UHGV virus genome: UHGV-0219734
Origin: a virus
Length of the DNA: 20,304 nt
Strand: one strand, 5' to 3'
Below are positions 9,020 through 17,690 of this stretch, piece after piece; the first letter of the stretch is position 1; every line of letters starts with the position of its first letter. The position numbers were made by a program, and so were the translations under genes. The notes under the pieces were generated by a model. That model was not told the DNA's origin and did not search any database. It saw only the letters and a list, made by a program, of their open reading frames with translations.

Positions 9020-9409
9020 TCAGGACTTTTCCGGCGTCAGCGCCTCATGCTCATCATCCCTGGCATTATCAATGGTCCCCATACCGCTCAGCGACAGAAC
9101 CATCTCCGCCCCCGCCCCCAGGGCATCATACGACCATGTTGTAATAACGGATGCGCAAAGCGTCTCTACATCCTTAGACTGATCCGCATTCCACAGTGAG
9201 CGGGAAACCAGCCAGGCATTGATATCCATCCCCATCCGCAGAAAAGCAATCTGTCGTTCAGCCTCCGGCAGTTCTCCCTCTTCGGCATCAAACTTTGCCG
9301 TTCGCTGCTGAACAAACGCCAGATATTCAATTCTCTGCAGCCCGGACAGCTCACTGAGCACCACGGACTGCTTTTCATAATTAAACGTGCCCTGTTTCAG
9401 AAACATCAT
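9020..9409 (-). CDS. G: Tail assembly chaperone G
   Basis: Likely start at tandem ATGs (9404-9409) after GGTGGAG. Translation MMFLKQGTFNYEKQSVVLSELSGLQRIEYLAF... resembles lambda gpG (MFLK...). The track's N-terminal extension (TTG at 9448) runs through the V terminator hairpin and is rejected. Confidence 0.85.
   Translation of the reverse strand: MMFLKQGTFNYEKQSVVLSELSGLQRIEYLAFVQQRTAKFDAEEGELPEAERQIAFLRMGMDINAWLVSRSLWNADQSKDVETLCASVITTWSYDALGAGAEMVLSLSGMGTIDNARDDEHEALTPEKS
9026..9032 (-). other. Candidate -1 programmed frameshift heptamer for G-T fusion (minus-strand G-GAA-AAG)
   Basis: The only slippery-looking sequence in the 25-nt G/T frame overlap (minus strand CCG GAA AAG UCC UGA). 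One nucleotide different from the lambda G-GGA-AAG site as I recall it. Just upstream of the G stop at 9020-9022. Confidence 0.5.
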
Positions 9410-9422
9410 GTTCTCCACCTGC

Positions 9423-9446
9423 AAAAAAGCCCCGGATAACCGGGGC
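9423..9446 (-). terminator. Intrinsic terminator-like hairpin after major tail gene V
   Basis: Plus strand aaaaaa-gccccgg-ataa-ccggggc: 7-bp GC-rich stem, 4-nt loop. On the minus-strand transcript the hairpin is followed by UUUUUU. Lies in the V-G intergenic region. Confidence 0.6.
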
Positions 9447-9466
9447 AAATGATGAGTATCGTCCTG

Positions 9467-10210
9467 TTAACCTGCGGCGCTGACAGCCACCGTAGCCACT
9501 GCCACAAAATCGCCGTCAGAAGTCATGCCCACAATGCTGACACTGCCCTGCTTCACGCCTTTCACCGTGGCCACAAGCCCGTTCAGGGTCACCGTGGCAG
9601 TCTGTGGATCTGTCGAATGCACACTGATCGCTTTGTCACTGGCTCCGTCAGGTTTTACTGTAAAGGTCAGCGTGGTGGTTGCTCCCACTTTTACACTGGC
9701 AGATGCCGGTGCCACCGTCAGCCCGGTAACGCCCACAGTTTCAGTGCCTTCCTCTGCCAGATACGGACGCCCCACACCGCTGATTTTCACTGTGCGGGTC
9801 ATCACGTCTTTTGAGGCAATGGTTTTACCCAGTGAGCTCAGCCAGCCACGGAAAACATCAACAGTGCCGTTGGGATATTTGATACGAAACGCGCAGACTT
9901 CACCGGAGTCGAACAACTGAACCAGTTTTTTCTGCCCGCTGTCACCCGGACGCCAGGCCAGCGTCGCCGAAGTATCACCGACTGATTTCTGCCCCTGGGT
10001 TGTCGTTTTCCAGTCTGCATCTTCATCATCGAGATAAGTGTCATCTTCTGCATCAGCGGTCATTTCGCCAGGTTGCAGATCCTTCACCATCGCAAGACGC
10101 AGCCAGTCAGTGTCCGACAAAGGGTTCGCAAATGCGTCGCCGTTGCCGGTATACATCCAGAACGTCGTTCCCGCACCTTTCGTTTTTGCCAGTGGATTTG
10201 GTGTGGTCAT
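9467..10210 (-). CDS. V: Major tail protein V with C-terminal Ig-like (Big_2-type) domain
   Basis: ATG at 10208-10210 preceded by AAGGAGGT. Translation MTTPNPLAKTKGAGTTFWMYTG...YLDDEDADW...FPNGTVDVFRGW resembles lambda gpV. C-terminal ~90 aa is Thr/Val/Ser-rich beta-type sequence typical of the gpV Ig-like domain. The track's upstream extension (10285) overlaps U and is rejected. Confidence 0.9.
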   Translation of the reverse strand: MTTPNPLAKTKGAGTTFWMYTGNGDAFANPLSDTDWLRLAMVKDLQPGEMTADAEDDTYLDDEDADWKTTTQGQKSVGDTSATLAWRPGDSGQKKLVQLFDSGEVCAFRIKYPNGTVDVFRGWLSSLGKTIASKDVMTRTVKISGVGRPYLAEEGTETVGVTGLTVAPASASVKVGATTTLTFTVKPDGASDKAISVHSTDPQTATVTLNGLVATVKGVKQGSVSIVGMTSDGDFVAVATVAVSAAG

Positions 10211-10220
10211 TACCACCTCC

Positions 10221-10634
10221 TTAATTCGTGTACGTGATCTGGTACGTGATTTCCGCCATCGCCCAGGTGGCCATCTCATTATCACGTTGATAGTTAAAAC
10301 CGAGTGGGTTCAGGGTGTCGATGAGTCCGGAAAGTGCCGGTACATCATTCAGGGCCGGGAAAATGGTGCTCTCCATCCACATATCCAGCTCTGAATCCGG
10401 TGCCTGTGCCCGGATGAAGACGGCAATATGCAGAACAGCCTGCCAGTCATCTTCATCCGTCATTTTTCCGGTGTACTGAGCATCACTCAGCCACACCGCC
10501 ACGGCAGGCAGTTCCTGCGCATCAATAAATGCCGGAAGCCCGTCAAAAAACGTGGCGCTGTCTCCACACTGTTCCCGAAGGCGTGCCAGTACGACCTGGC
10601 GGATTTGTGTATGTCGGTTCATCGGGTCAGCCAT
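10221..10634 (-). CDS. U: Tail terminator protein U
   Basis: 137-aa ORF. Motifs ...GDSATFFDGLPAFIDAQELPAVAVWLSDAQYTG...PDSELDMWMEST...ITYQITY resemble lambda gpU (131 aa) as recalled. Position between Z-like and V. Confidence 0.9.
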   Translation of the reverse strand: MADPMNRHTQIRQVVLARLREQCGDSATFFDGLPAFIDAQELPAVAVWLSDAQYTGKMTDEDDWQAVLHIAVFIRAQAPDSELDMWMESTIFPALNDVPALSGLIDTLNPLGFNYQRDNEMATWAMAEITYQITYTN

Positions 10635-11209
10635 AACCTCAGTTGTTGTTTCAGTGCATACCCCAGCTGTTTCGGCATTTCCGCAGCAATGATGCGGTCG
10701 CGGGCATCTTCAAATGCCTGTGTCAGCGGTCCGGACAGCGGGATTTTCACTACCTCCACAGGAAGACGATTTTTTCTTGGCCTGCCCTGATGGTCATGCC
10801 CTGTTGCAAAACGCGCTTCAGGAAGACGCCTCAGAACATGCCAGCGGCCATTCGCCAGTTGCTGAACAAATGCCCCCCGGAAAAAGTATTTTCCCACTCT
10901 CAGTCCTTCACCAGCACGCCGCCGTGTTGTGTTCAGTTTGATGGCGGGCAGATTGCCCCGGTTAACGCGGATCCTGGCCGTCATTTTTCCTGACGGACTA
11001 GCTTTAAACACCCGGACACGCTGACGTACCAGTTTCAGGGGGATCCCTTTCACCTGGTTATCTCCCGCAACGGTATTCCCGGCAACCTGCCGGGTGGCAA
11101 CCGAGACCGCTTTCTGTGCCACACGGTTTATCGCCCATGCGCTGGCCTGTGGCACCATACGGGTATCAAGGCTGTTCAGATTGCGGATGGCATTCTCAAG
11201 CCCCTTCAT
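10619..11209 (-). CDS. Z: Tail completion protein, gpZ-like
   Basis: 196-aa basic ORF, ATG preceded by AGAGGTG, sitting between FII-like and U exactly where lambda Z (192 aa) lies. Assignment is mostly by synteny and size; sequence identity not verified. Confidence 0.7.
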   Translation of the reverse strand: MKGLENAIRNLNSLDTRMVPQASAWAINRVAQKAVSVATRQVAGNTVAGDNQVKGIPLKLVRQRVRVFKASPSGKMTARIRVNRGNLPAIKLNTTRRRAGEGLRVGKYFFRGAFVQQLANGRWHVLRRLPEARFATGHDHQGRPRKNRLPVEVVKIPLSGPLTQAFEDARDRIIAAEMPKQLGYALKQQLRLWLTR

Positions 11210-11220
11210 CCCACACCTCT

Positions 11221-11496
11221 TTACTCAATAAAGATCATTGGCTTACCGTTAAAGCGTTCATGCCGTGTGACCGTCCATTGTTGTCCGTCATAAACAACGC
11301 GATCCCCGCGCCGTGGGCGGTATCCCGAAGAAAACACCACCAGAGAGACCGCAGGTCCGGACAGAGCATTCAGCTCTACCAGTGTTTCTCCCGGGATCAC
11401 AGTCATATCGACATCATTAATCGAGGCTGTCTTTCCCATCTTTCTGACCGTGATCGCATCCATACGCGCTGCCAGCCGGGAAAAGGGATCAGACAT
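11221..11496 (-). CDS. Head-tail joining / head completion protein, gpFII-like
   Basis: 91-aa ORF between the head genes and Z. C-terminal RRGDRVVYDGQQWTV resembles lambda gpFII RRGDTLTIGEENFWV as recalled. Shorter than lambda FII (117 aa). Confidence 0.65.
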   Translation of the reverse strand: MSDPFSRLAARMDAITVRKMGKTASINDVDMTVIPGETLVELNALSGPAVSLVVFSSGYRPRRGDRVVYDGQQWTVTRHERFNGKPMIFIE

Positions 11497-11812
11497 TGAG
11501 TTTTACCGGCACTTCTTCTGCACTGGTTCCGGCATCTGCCCAGACAACCCCGACCAGCGGATCAGAGCCGCTGTTAGTCAGCTGAACTTTTCCGGACTTC
11601 AGATAAACCTTCTTACCCGTTTTCATATCATCCGTTTTCAGCTTAGGCAGCATAAACACACCTTCGGTCATGCCGTCGCCTGTTTCACCCTGTGGAATAT
11701 CGGTCAGCGCCACCGCAAAAACATCACCCACCTGCACCAGATCTCCGCTGCTGATGGCTGCACTGGCAACAATCGCCACCGTTTTTCCTTCTTCTACAAA
11801 ATTCTTTGCCAT
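11489..11812 (-). CDS. DUF2190-family small protein immediately after the capsid gene (putative head decoration/cement protein)
   Basis: 107 aa from ATG 11810-11812 (GGAG about 9 nt upstream). Pattern MAKNFVEEGKTV...SSGDLVQVGDVFAVALTDIPQGETG...EGVFMLPK...GKKVYL...LVGVV matches the DUF2190 signature as I recall it. The track's upstream extension (TTG 11857) runs through hairpins and is rejected. Confidence 0.6.
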   Translation of the reverse strand: MAKNFVEEGKTVAIVASAAISSGDLVQVGDVFAVALTDIPQGETGDGMTEGVFMLPKLKTDDMKTGKKVYLKSGKVQLTNSGSDPLVGVVWADAGTSAEEVPVKLNV

Positions 11813-11855
11813 AACTGTCTCCGCACAGCCCCGTTCAGGGGCTGATTTCAGGTAC

Positions 11856-11875
11856 AAAAAAAGCCCTTACGGGCC
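11856..11875 (-). terminator. Small terminator-like hairpin after the capsid gene
   Basis: Minus-strand RNA: 5'-GGCCC-GUAA-GGGCU-3' (4 GC pairs + 1 G-U, GNRA-type tetraloop) followed by U6. 24 nt downstream of the capsid stop. Short stem, so weak or partial at best. Confidence 0.4.
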
Positions 11876-11898
11876 ATCAGAGTTGTTGTCTGCGACGT

Positions 11899-13857
11899 TT
11901 ACGCCGTACATTTCACCAGACCGCGGTGATCAACTGGCGCGACACCGGCGTCAATACGCACTTTCGTTGTCACGCCATCCACACTGAAGCCCTCCATCTG
12001 ATCAACATATGGCGTATCCACACCGTTGAGATAAGCCACTTCAATCGTATCGGAGCCTTTTGACGCAGCCAGGTAGAAGGTGGTCTGGCTGTTATCATCA
12101 AGACGAGGCTCTGCAATAACGGTCGCAAAATCTTTCACCGGGTTAATAATACCGGCGTTAATGTCAGCCCCCTTGACACTTGAGGAGCGAATGACCTGGT
12201 TAGCAACAGACTCCATCGCCGTCGGTACCAGTACGAACGCAGGACGAATATTCAGATGACGCTCCCCCTCTTTCTGAACACGCATCAACTGGCGGGCTTT
12301 ATCCAGCGATGCCACGTCCATTGCAGCGCTCTCCAGTACGTTTGCATGTTTCGCTTTATCGAACAGACTTACATTATCTGTGGAGATTTTCGGGTTAGAC
12401 GTCAGAATGGCATAAACCAGATCGGCAATAGTGGATTTCGCCGCACGGCCCAGCTTCATCGGGACATCGGTCAGCATATTCAGATCATCATTGATAATGG
12501 CCTGACGGGTGATACTGAACAGCTCGCCATAGGTCGCCAGTGCAATAGTGGCCTGTTTATCTCCGGTGGTGACGTATTTATATTCCGCCCCTTCACGCAC
12601 CTGGCGCAGAGCACTGAAGCCCCCCATACCCACACGATGGGCAATTTTAAAATCAGACAACTGACCTTTCCGCGTCCACTGTTCGTAAGTTTCAGGAGCA
12701 TCTTCCCAGCCCTGCAGAATGGCTTTGTTCGCAACATCCAACAAAATATTACCGAAGTCAGACGTACTGTGTGTGAACGCCGCACCAACCATCTGCATCG
12801 GATTATAACCGGAAACCCCAATACCCCGTTCAGTCAGTGACATACGGGCATATTCACGCAGGGTCATCCCGTTGTAGACATTATCACGTTCGGTTTTTTC
12901 AAATCCGGCACGCGCCATCAGCGCCTGGCGGATCCCGTCCCCCACAAAATTACCGTTACCGGCATAAATATGAGCCGGGGTATTTTTATTGGATGGCGTG
13001 GACTCGCGCCCCATCTCGTTCAACAGCTTTTCGCGGGCCTGCTCCAGCGAACATTCAGGATCGGCAAGACACTGAGCCTGCAGCGTCTGATAACGCCCGC
13101 CAAACATGGCAAACAGATCATTAATACCGTTTACACGCGCTTTTTGCTCTGCCAGTACCTGCGCACGGATACTGTTTTCATCCACCACGGGTGCTGCTGC
13201 CTGCACTGGCGTCCGGGAGGCTTCAGGTTCATTATCCTGTACGCGTGGAGCACTGTTGCGTGGCGGAGTAATCATGTTTCGAATGGATTCCGGCATCTTT
13301 TTAAATTCCTCTGTACGTTTTGACTGAATACATGCCATTGCCTTAACGGCTGGCGTTACCTGATCAGCAAATCCATGTGCCAGACATTCGGCACCGGACA
13401 TCCAGGTCTCATCCGCCAGCATGGCAGCAATTTCATCGGTGGTTTTCCCGGTTTTCTGTGCATAAGCGGGTAACAGAACCGCCTCAACTTTATCGAGCAG
13501 GTCGGCATAGGTGCGCATGTCCTCCGCATCACCGCCCGTAAAGCCAAATGGTTTATGAATCATCATGAAGGTGTTTTCCGGCATAATGACCGGGTTTCCC
13601 ACCATCGCAATGACCGACGCCATTGACGCCGCCACACCGTCGACATAAACGGTAATGGACGCACCATGTGTTTTCAGTGCATTAAAAATGGCGATGCCTT
13701 CAAAGACATCGCCACCCGGTGAATTGATATGGAGATTAATGTGGGTGATATCGCCCAGTGCACTCAGATCACTGATAAACTGCTTCGCTGTAACACCCCA
13801 GAAACCAATCTCGTCATAAATATAAATATCCGCGTCACTCTGGTGACCAGCCTGCAT
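11899..13857 (-). CDS. Prohead protease (ClpP-like, S14) / scaffold-like linker / major capsid protein fused in one ORF, ~652 aa
   Basis: From ATG 13855-13857 the N-terminal ~200 aa carry ClpP-like motifs (DIYIYDEIG, SPGGDVFEG, GVAASMASVI with Ser, MIHKP with His). A Pro/Gln/Glu-rich linker follows, then ~320 aa of capsid-like sequence ending ...VDGVTTKVRIDAGVAPVDHRGLVKCTA. One uninterrupted frame. The track's 87-aa N-terminal extension overlaps the portal 3' end, is Arg-rich, and is rejected. Confidence 0.8.
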   Translation of the reverse strand: MQAGHQSDADIYIYDEIGFWGVTAKQFISDLSALGDITHINLHINSPGGDVFEGIAIFNALKTHGASITVYVDGVAASMASVIAMVGNPVIMPENTFMMIHKPFGFTGGDAEDMRTYADLLDKVEAVLLPAYAQKTGKTTDEIAAMLADETWMSGAECLAHGFADQVTPAVKAMACIQSKRTEEFKKMPESIRNMITPPRNSAPRVQDNEPEASRTPVQAAAPVVDENSIRAQVLAEQKARVNGINDLFAMFGGRYQTLQAQCLADPECSLEQAREKLLNEMGRESTPSNKNTPAHIYAGNGNFVGDGIRQALMARAGFEKTERDNVYNGMTLREYARMSLTERGIGVSGYNPMQMVGAAFTHSTSDFGNILLDVANKAILQGWEDAPETYEQWTRKGQLSDFKIAHRVGMGGFSALRQVREGAEYKYVTTGDKQATIALATYGELFSITRQAIINDDLNMLTDVPMKLGRAAKSTIADLVYAILTSNPKISTDNVSLFDKAKHANVLESAAMDVASLDKARQLMRVQKEGERHLNIRPAFVLVPTAMESVANQVIRSSSVKGADINAGIINPVKDFATVIAEPRLDDNSQTTFYLAASKGSDTIEVAYLNGVDTPYVDQMEGFSVDGVTTKVRIDAGVAPVDHRGLVKCTA

Positions 13858-13870
13858 CCTGAACCAGGAA

Positions 13871-15379
13871 TTATTCTTCGGACTGGTCGTCGGTGTGCTG
13901 CGGCTCCTGTCGTTTCGTTGCGGCACTGCTGCCTCCTTTATCACTGGCCGGATCGGTATCAAATACCAGATCCAGCTTGCGGTTTTCATCAATTTCGGCC
14001 TTGCGCCGACGTTTGACATCATCCGGATTACGACCACCTGCACGTACCCAGTCTGATTCTGTCGCCGCTCCACCACGAATCTGAATTTTCCAGGCCTCAG
14101 CCTCCTTAACAGGGTCAATCCACGGCATCACCGGTCCGGAATACACCGCGGTATACAGTGAAGAACGGTCAAGATCGCGGGGTAGCCTGATAACACCGGA
14201 TGCCACAGCCTGTTTCAGCCAGGCACGATACATCGGGCGGGTGACGGCACCAATAAACCAGTCCTGCAGGATCAGGTAGCCATCAGTAGACTCAACCAGT
14301 TCCTGACGCTGGGCGCTGTAAGTGCCGTTATAGTTGCGTGCTGTACTGGAAAAACTCAGACGACTGCCCGCCGCCACGGCACGCAACTGACCATTACGAA
14401 AAGTTTCAAGGTTAGGATTGGGGCGATCCGACTTCACCATTCCGATTTCTTCGCCGGGTTTCAGATCGTCGTAAATAATGCCTGGCTGAATGGTAAGCTC
14501 GCGTTCATTCTCCTTGCAGCCATTACCATCCGGTTCATAGCTCTGTCCGTCGCCTTTCCGGATGTACATCCCCAGAGCAGCGGCGATCCTTGCTGCAGTC
14601 AGCTCAGAATCTTCATACTCTTTCAGGGCACTGAGGCGGATCAGTACACCGGACAATAAAGACGTCCCGCGCATCTGGTGCAGACGGCGAACAAATTTAA
14701 GATGCAGCATTCGCTCTGCATCCACTTCTTTGGTTTCCATCTGCCGTCCGGATACAGGACGGCTTTTATACACCAGATATTTTTCGGGACGCCCCCAGTC
14801 ATCAACAAACACGCCCTGATTCAGCCTGTTGCTCTCATCACTGGTCATGGGAATAAAGTCCGGCTCGAGCGCCTCCAGCCAGAAATGAACACCGGCAGAA
14901 GGCGTCAGGCTGTTTATGCGCCCGGAAACCATCTGGGCAAACACCTCACCATCGCGCAGCCAGGTACGCAGCATCAGACGTTCCAGCATCGGGCGGGTAA
15001 ACTGCCCGGTGACTTCCGGACTGACAGACCATTCACTCCATCGGGTGCGTATCTCCGCTGCCAGGTCACGGGCAATGGCCCCATTGCGTAATACCGGATG
15101 TGGCTCGACAATAATCCCGTTTTTCCCCACCACCCGTTCTTCCAGCTTGTCAAATACACCAATAACCAGATCGTGGTTGTTATCAAGGTAACGGGCCTGC
15201 TCACGTAACGACACGGCCCCGTACTGGCTTAACTGGTCGGCAGTTCGGTTTTCCCGCCGGGCTTTGTGTGTCCGCGTCGTTTTTACGGCCTCATAAGCCT
15301 GGATCACCGCACGGGAACGCAGCCTTGCCGCTTTCCATCCTGGTGAAAAAACGCCAATCACATCATCAAGAATAGCCAT
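13871..15379 (-). CDS. Portal protein (lambda gpB family)
   Basis: 502 aa from ATG 15377-15379 (MAILDDVIGVFSPGWK...); this ATG overlaps the gpW stop (ATGA). Size and position match lambda-family portals. The track start (GTG 15451) would overlap W and is rejected. Confidence 0.85.
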   Translation of the reverse strand: MAILDDVIGVFSPGWKAARLRSRAVIQAYEAVKTTRTHKARRENRTADQLSQYGAVSLREQARYLDNNHDLVIGVFDKLEERVVGKNGIIVEPHPVLRNGAIARDLAAEIRTRWSEWSVSPEVTGQFTRPMLERLMLRTWLRDGEVFAQMVSGRINSLTPSAGVHFWLEALEPDFIPMTSDESNRLNQGVFVDDWGRPEKYLVYKSRPVSGRQMETKEVDAERMLHLKFVRRLHQMRGTSLLSGVLIRLSALKEYEDSELTAARIAAALGMYIRKGDGQSYEPDGNGCKENERELTIQPGIIYDDLKPGEEIGMVKSDRPNPNLETFRNGQLRAVAAGSRLSFSSTARNYNGTYSAQRQELVESTDGYLILQDWFIGAVTRPMYRAWLKQAVASGVIRLPRDLDRSSLYTAVYSGPVMPWIDPVKEAEAWKIQIRGGAATESDWVRAGGRNPDDVKRRRKAEIDENRKLDLVFDTDPASDKGGSSAATKRQEPQHTDDQSEE

Positions 15380-15597
15380 CAGAACCTCGCCAGCCGGTAC
15401 CCGGGATGCCCCCGTCGTCGTGTAATCAGAGCCGCAAGGCGGCGCTCCCACTCCTGCCGTCCCTGCCGGATCTCAGATAAGTTTTCCATGGTCATCTGCT
15501 GACCATTAAAGGTGACGGATTTTCCGTCCAGCACCGCCATTTCAGCTTCCGTATAACGCTGAATCATGGCTTCGATATCATTCTGGTTCATAACCAT
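15379..15597 (-). CDS. W: Head-tail joining protein gpW-like
   Basis: About 70-aa ORF between terminase large subunit and portal. C-terminus ...ITRRRGHPGYRLARF resembles lambda gpW ...QRRRGPAGFYV as recalled. An alternative start at the third codon (ATG 15589-15591) overlaps the terminase stop (ATGA). Confidence 0.7.
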   Translation of the reverse strand: MVMNQNDIEAMIQRYTEAEMAVLDGKSVTFNGQQMTMENLSEIRQGRQEWERRLAALITRRRGHPGYRLARF

Positions 15598-17690
15598 CCT
15601 CCGGAAGTCAGCCAGGGGTTAACATCGTCAGTTACTGTTTTCTTCCGTTTTTGTTTTTTAACAGGCGTGGATACCGGTTCCGGTGAGGGTGACGGTTCGG
15701 TACTGTCCGGGACACACTCCAGCCAGGTTTCCCGGCTCGCCCACTCCGGTGTATCCGGCCAGCGGATCTTTTCGTATCCATGCAGAATGACCAGAGCCTC
15801 GGCATACACCATCAGGTCAAAAGCTTCGTTGGCACCGCGACCCGGCTTACTCCATTTCCCGTCACTGCTCCGCTCTTCATACGTCAGTTCGTCGTAAAAC
15901 CAGCTCCCCAGCCAGTCAGGGAAATGCACATAGCCGGGACCTGGAGAGTCACGCCATAACGCGTTATTCACCCGGTCTTTCAGGGCATCCGTCTGAAGAA
16001 GCCAGAGCGGCACATCACCTGCGGCCTGCGCCCGTCGGCCCGTTCGTCCGGTGTTATCAGGGAATGTACGGGTGATCAGTTTTGCGCGCCGGATGCTGTC
16101 GCCCTTAAACAGGTAAATACGTTTACCAAGGCCATCACGACGGCAACGACGCCAGAATTTATAGGCATTATCAGTGACCCCGTCTTCACCGCCGGAGTCC
16201 ACCGCCATTGCCATCAGTCGCATTTGTTGAGAAGGATCGGAGGCCAGCGGCCAGCTTTTATGAAAAACATCCGTCAGCAGGACATCCCAGTCTTCCGGAT
16301 AGCTGGCCGGATCAATTCGCTGGCTCTCCCCGTCGCTGTCACCGCGCAATGACTGCGTGATGTTGTAACGATCAATAATCCAGCGTTCGCCACGGCTGCC
16401 ATAGCCCGTTACCTGAACCACAAAACGGCGATGACGTCCCGCCTGCACATCCACTGTCGCCACAAGGAAATTAACGCCATCCGGCACACTGCGGGAAGGA
16501 ACTGGCTCTGCCCGCTGCTCAAGCAGTTCACTTTTTCGTTGCTCCATGCTGGCACGGGGAAGATAAGGTAATCCCCAGTCGGTATTGATAACCGTCTTGA
16601 GTGTTTCTTCACTTCCGGTTGTCTCGTATTCCTGTTCTGCAGTAAGCAGTTTGTAAACGAGTTGCGAGAGTGTCTGGTAAGCAGCTGCCGGACCCTCCAT
16701 CCAGAATGACGCAATACGTGAGCGTCGGGGATCACCATAACGACTGCCATCCGCATTGATGGATTCACCATCCCGCAACCAGACCCCACGTCCGTTCAGC
16801 TCACGTTTTTGTTCAGGCATAATCCGTCCTGAACAGGAAGGACACTGAATATAAGCCGCCTCACTTGCCAGCACGGGATCGGCAATATCACGGAAACCAG
16901 CAACCACATCGCCGCAGGGCTGAAAATACTCACCACAGTGTGGACAGGGCCAGTACCAGCGACGGCGATCACCACGGTTATAGAGCGACAGTATCCCCGT
17001 GGTTGGTGGAGCCTCATGCGGTGAAGTCCGTCGCCATTTCACATCCTTCACATCCCTGCCGGGGGAACTCTCCACCAGCGTCATACCACTGGACATAAAT
17101 GTGGTGGTACGTTTTGAGGCAAGAGAGAAAGCATCCCCCTCGCCATCAATATCTTCCGGAAAACGGTCATAATCCGTCAGCGCGACGCATTTATAATCTG
17201 ATGAGGACATGATATTGACTGACGGCCAGCCGATTTTCAGGTAGTTACCAGCAAGGAATGTTCTGTCATAAACGTTGTTGTCATTTTTGTTCGGACTCAG
17301 GCGACTGACCACTTCCGGGCTGACGCGAAACGTTCTGGCGAGTCGTTTTTTGGAGTGTTCGCGGGCTTTTTCCTCCGTCATCTGAATGATCAGCATATCA
17401 GCAGGATCGCAAATCACGTTGTAAATCACCCAGCCGTCAATCAGGCCGATAGTCTTGCCGGTTCGTGCCGGGCCAACAAATATCACTGCGTCGTATTCAC
17501 GCGAGGCCAGGCAGTTCATCGGCTCAATAACATACGGTGCCACCAGCGGATCCCACGGGACTGAGTTCCCTGCCCCCATGGGCACCCGCATATACTGAGC
17601 AACGGCATCAGCAACCCGCATTCGCCTCGGTGCGCGAAGGATATAACCTGAATCGGTTCGTGCTGCCTTTGCGGTTTCCTGATTCAGCAT
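15588..17690 (-). CDS. Terminase large subunit (GpA family)
   Basis: 700 aa. Walker A-like GPARTGKT; Cys/His cluster WYWPCPHCGEYFQ paralleling lambda gpA ACPHCGEEQY as recalled. ATG overlaps the small-subunit stop (TAATG). Confidence 0.9.
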   Translation of the reverse strand: MLNQETAKAARTDSGYILRAPRRMRVADAVAQYMRVPMGAGNSVPWDPLVAPYVIEPMNCLASREYDAVIFVGPARTGKTIGLIDGWVIYNVICDPADMLIIQMTEEKAREHSKKRLARTFRVSPEVVSRLSPNKNDNNVYDRTFLAGNYLKIGWPSVNIMSSSDYKCVALTDYDRFPEDIDGEGDAFSLASKRTTTFMSSGMTLVESSPGRDVKDVKWRRTSPHEAPPTTGILSLYNRGDRRRWYWPCPHCGEYFQPCGDVVAGFRDIADPVLASEAAYIQCPSCSGRIMPEQKRELNGRGVWLRDGESINADGSRYGDPRRSRIASFWMEGPAAAYQTLSQLVYKLLTAEQEYETTGSEETLKTVINTDWGLPYLPRASMEQRKSELLEQRAEPVPSRSVPDGVNFLVATVDVQAGRHRRFVVQVTGYGSRGERWIIDRYNITQSLRGDSDGESQRIDPASYPEDWDVLLTDVFHKSWPLASDPSQQMRLMAMAVDSGGEDGVTDNAYKFWRRCRRDGLGKRIYLFKGDSIRRAKLITRTFPDNTGRTGRRAQAAGDVPLWLLQTDALKDRVNNALWRDSPGPGYVHFPDWLGSWFYDELTYEERSSDGKWSKPGRGANEAFDLMVYAEALVILHGYEKIRWPDTPEWASRETWLECVPDSTEPSPSPEPVSTPVKKQKRKKTVTDDVNPWLTSGGWL

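Noticed and set aside
9410-9448. Upstream extension of G (MPRLSGAFLQVEN...)
   Set aside because: Encoded by the V terminator hairpin and starts at TTG. The lambda gpG-like sequence begins at the ATG pair at 9404-9409.
10211-10285. Upstream extension of the V ORF (MIMRWPPGRWRKSRTRSRTRIKEVV...)
   Set aside because: Overlaps the U 3' end and is Arg-rich. A strong SD (AAGGAGGT) precedes the ATG at 10210, and the translation from there aligns with the lambda gpV N-terminus.
12256-13327. Plus-strand ORFs 12256-12840, 12837-13124, 12970-13323 and minus ORF 12480-12821
   Set aside because: Antisense or alternative frame within the protease/capsid fusion gene; no conserved features.
13858-14118. 87-aa N-terminal extension of the capsid ORF in the track (start at 14118)
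   Set aside because: Overlaps the portal 3' coding region and is Arg-rich and non-protein-like. The ClpP-like domain begins right after the internal ATG at 13857, 13 nt after the portal stop.
15380-15451. Upstream GTG extension of the portal ORF (track start 15451)
   Set aside because: Would overlap gpW by 72 nt. The internal ATG at 15377-15379 forms an ATGA overlap with the W stop.
15667-17564. ORFs inside the terminase large subunit region (15667-15897 plus, 16409-16789 minus, 16796-17017 minus, 16865-17098 plus, 17355-17564 plus)
   Set aside because: Nested in or antisense to the 700-aa GpA-family terminase ORF; no motifs.
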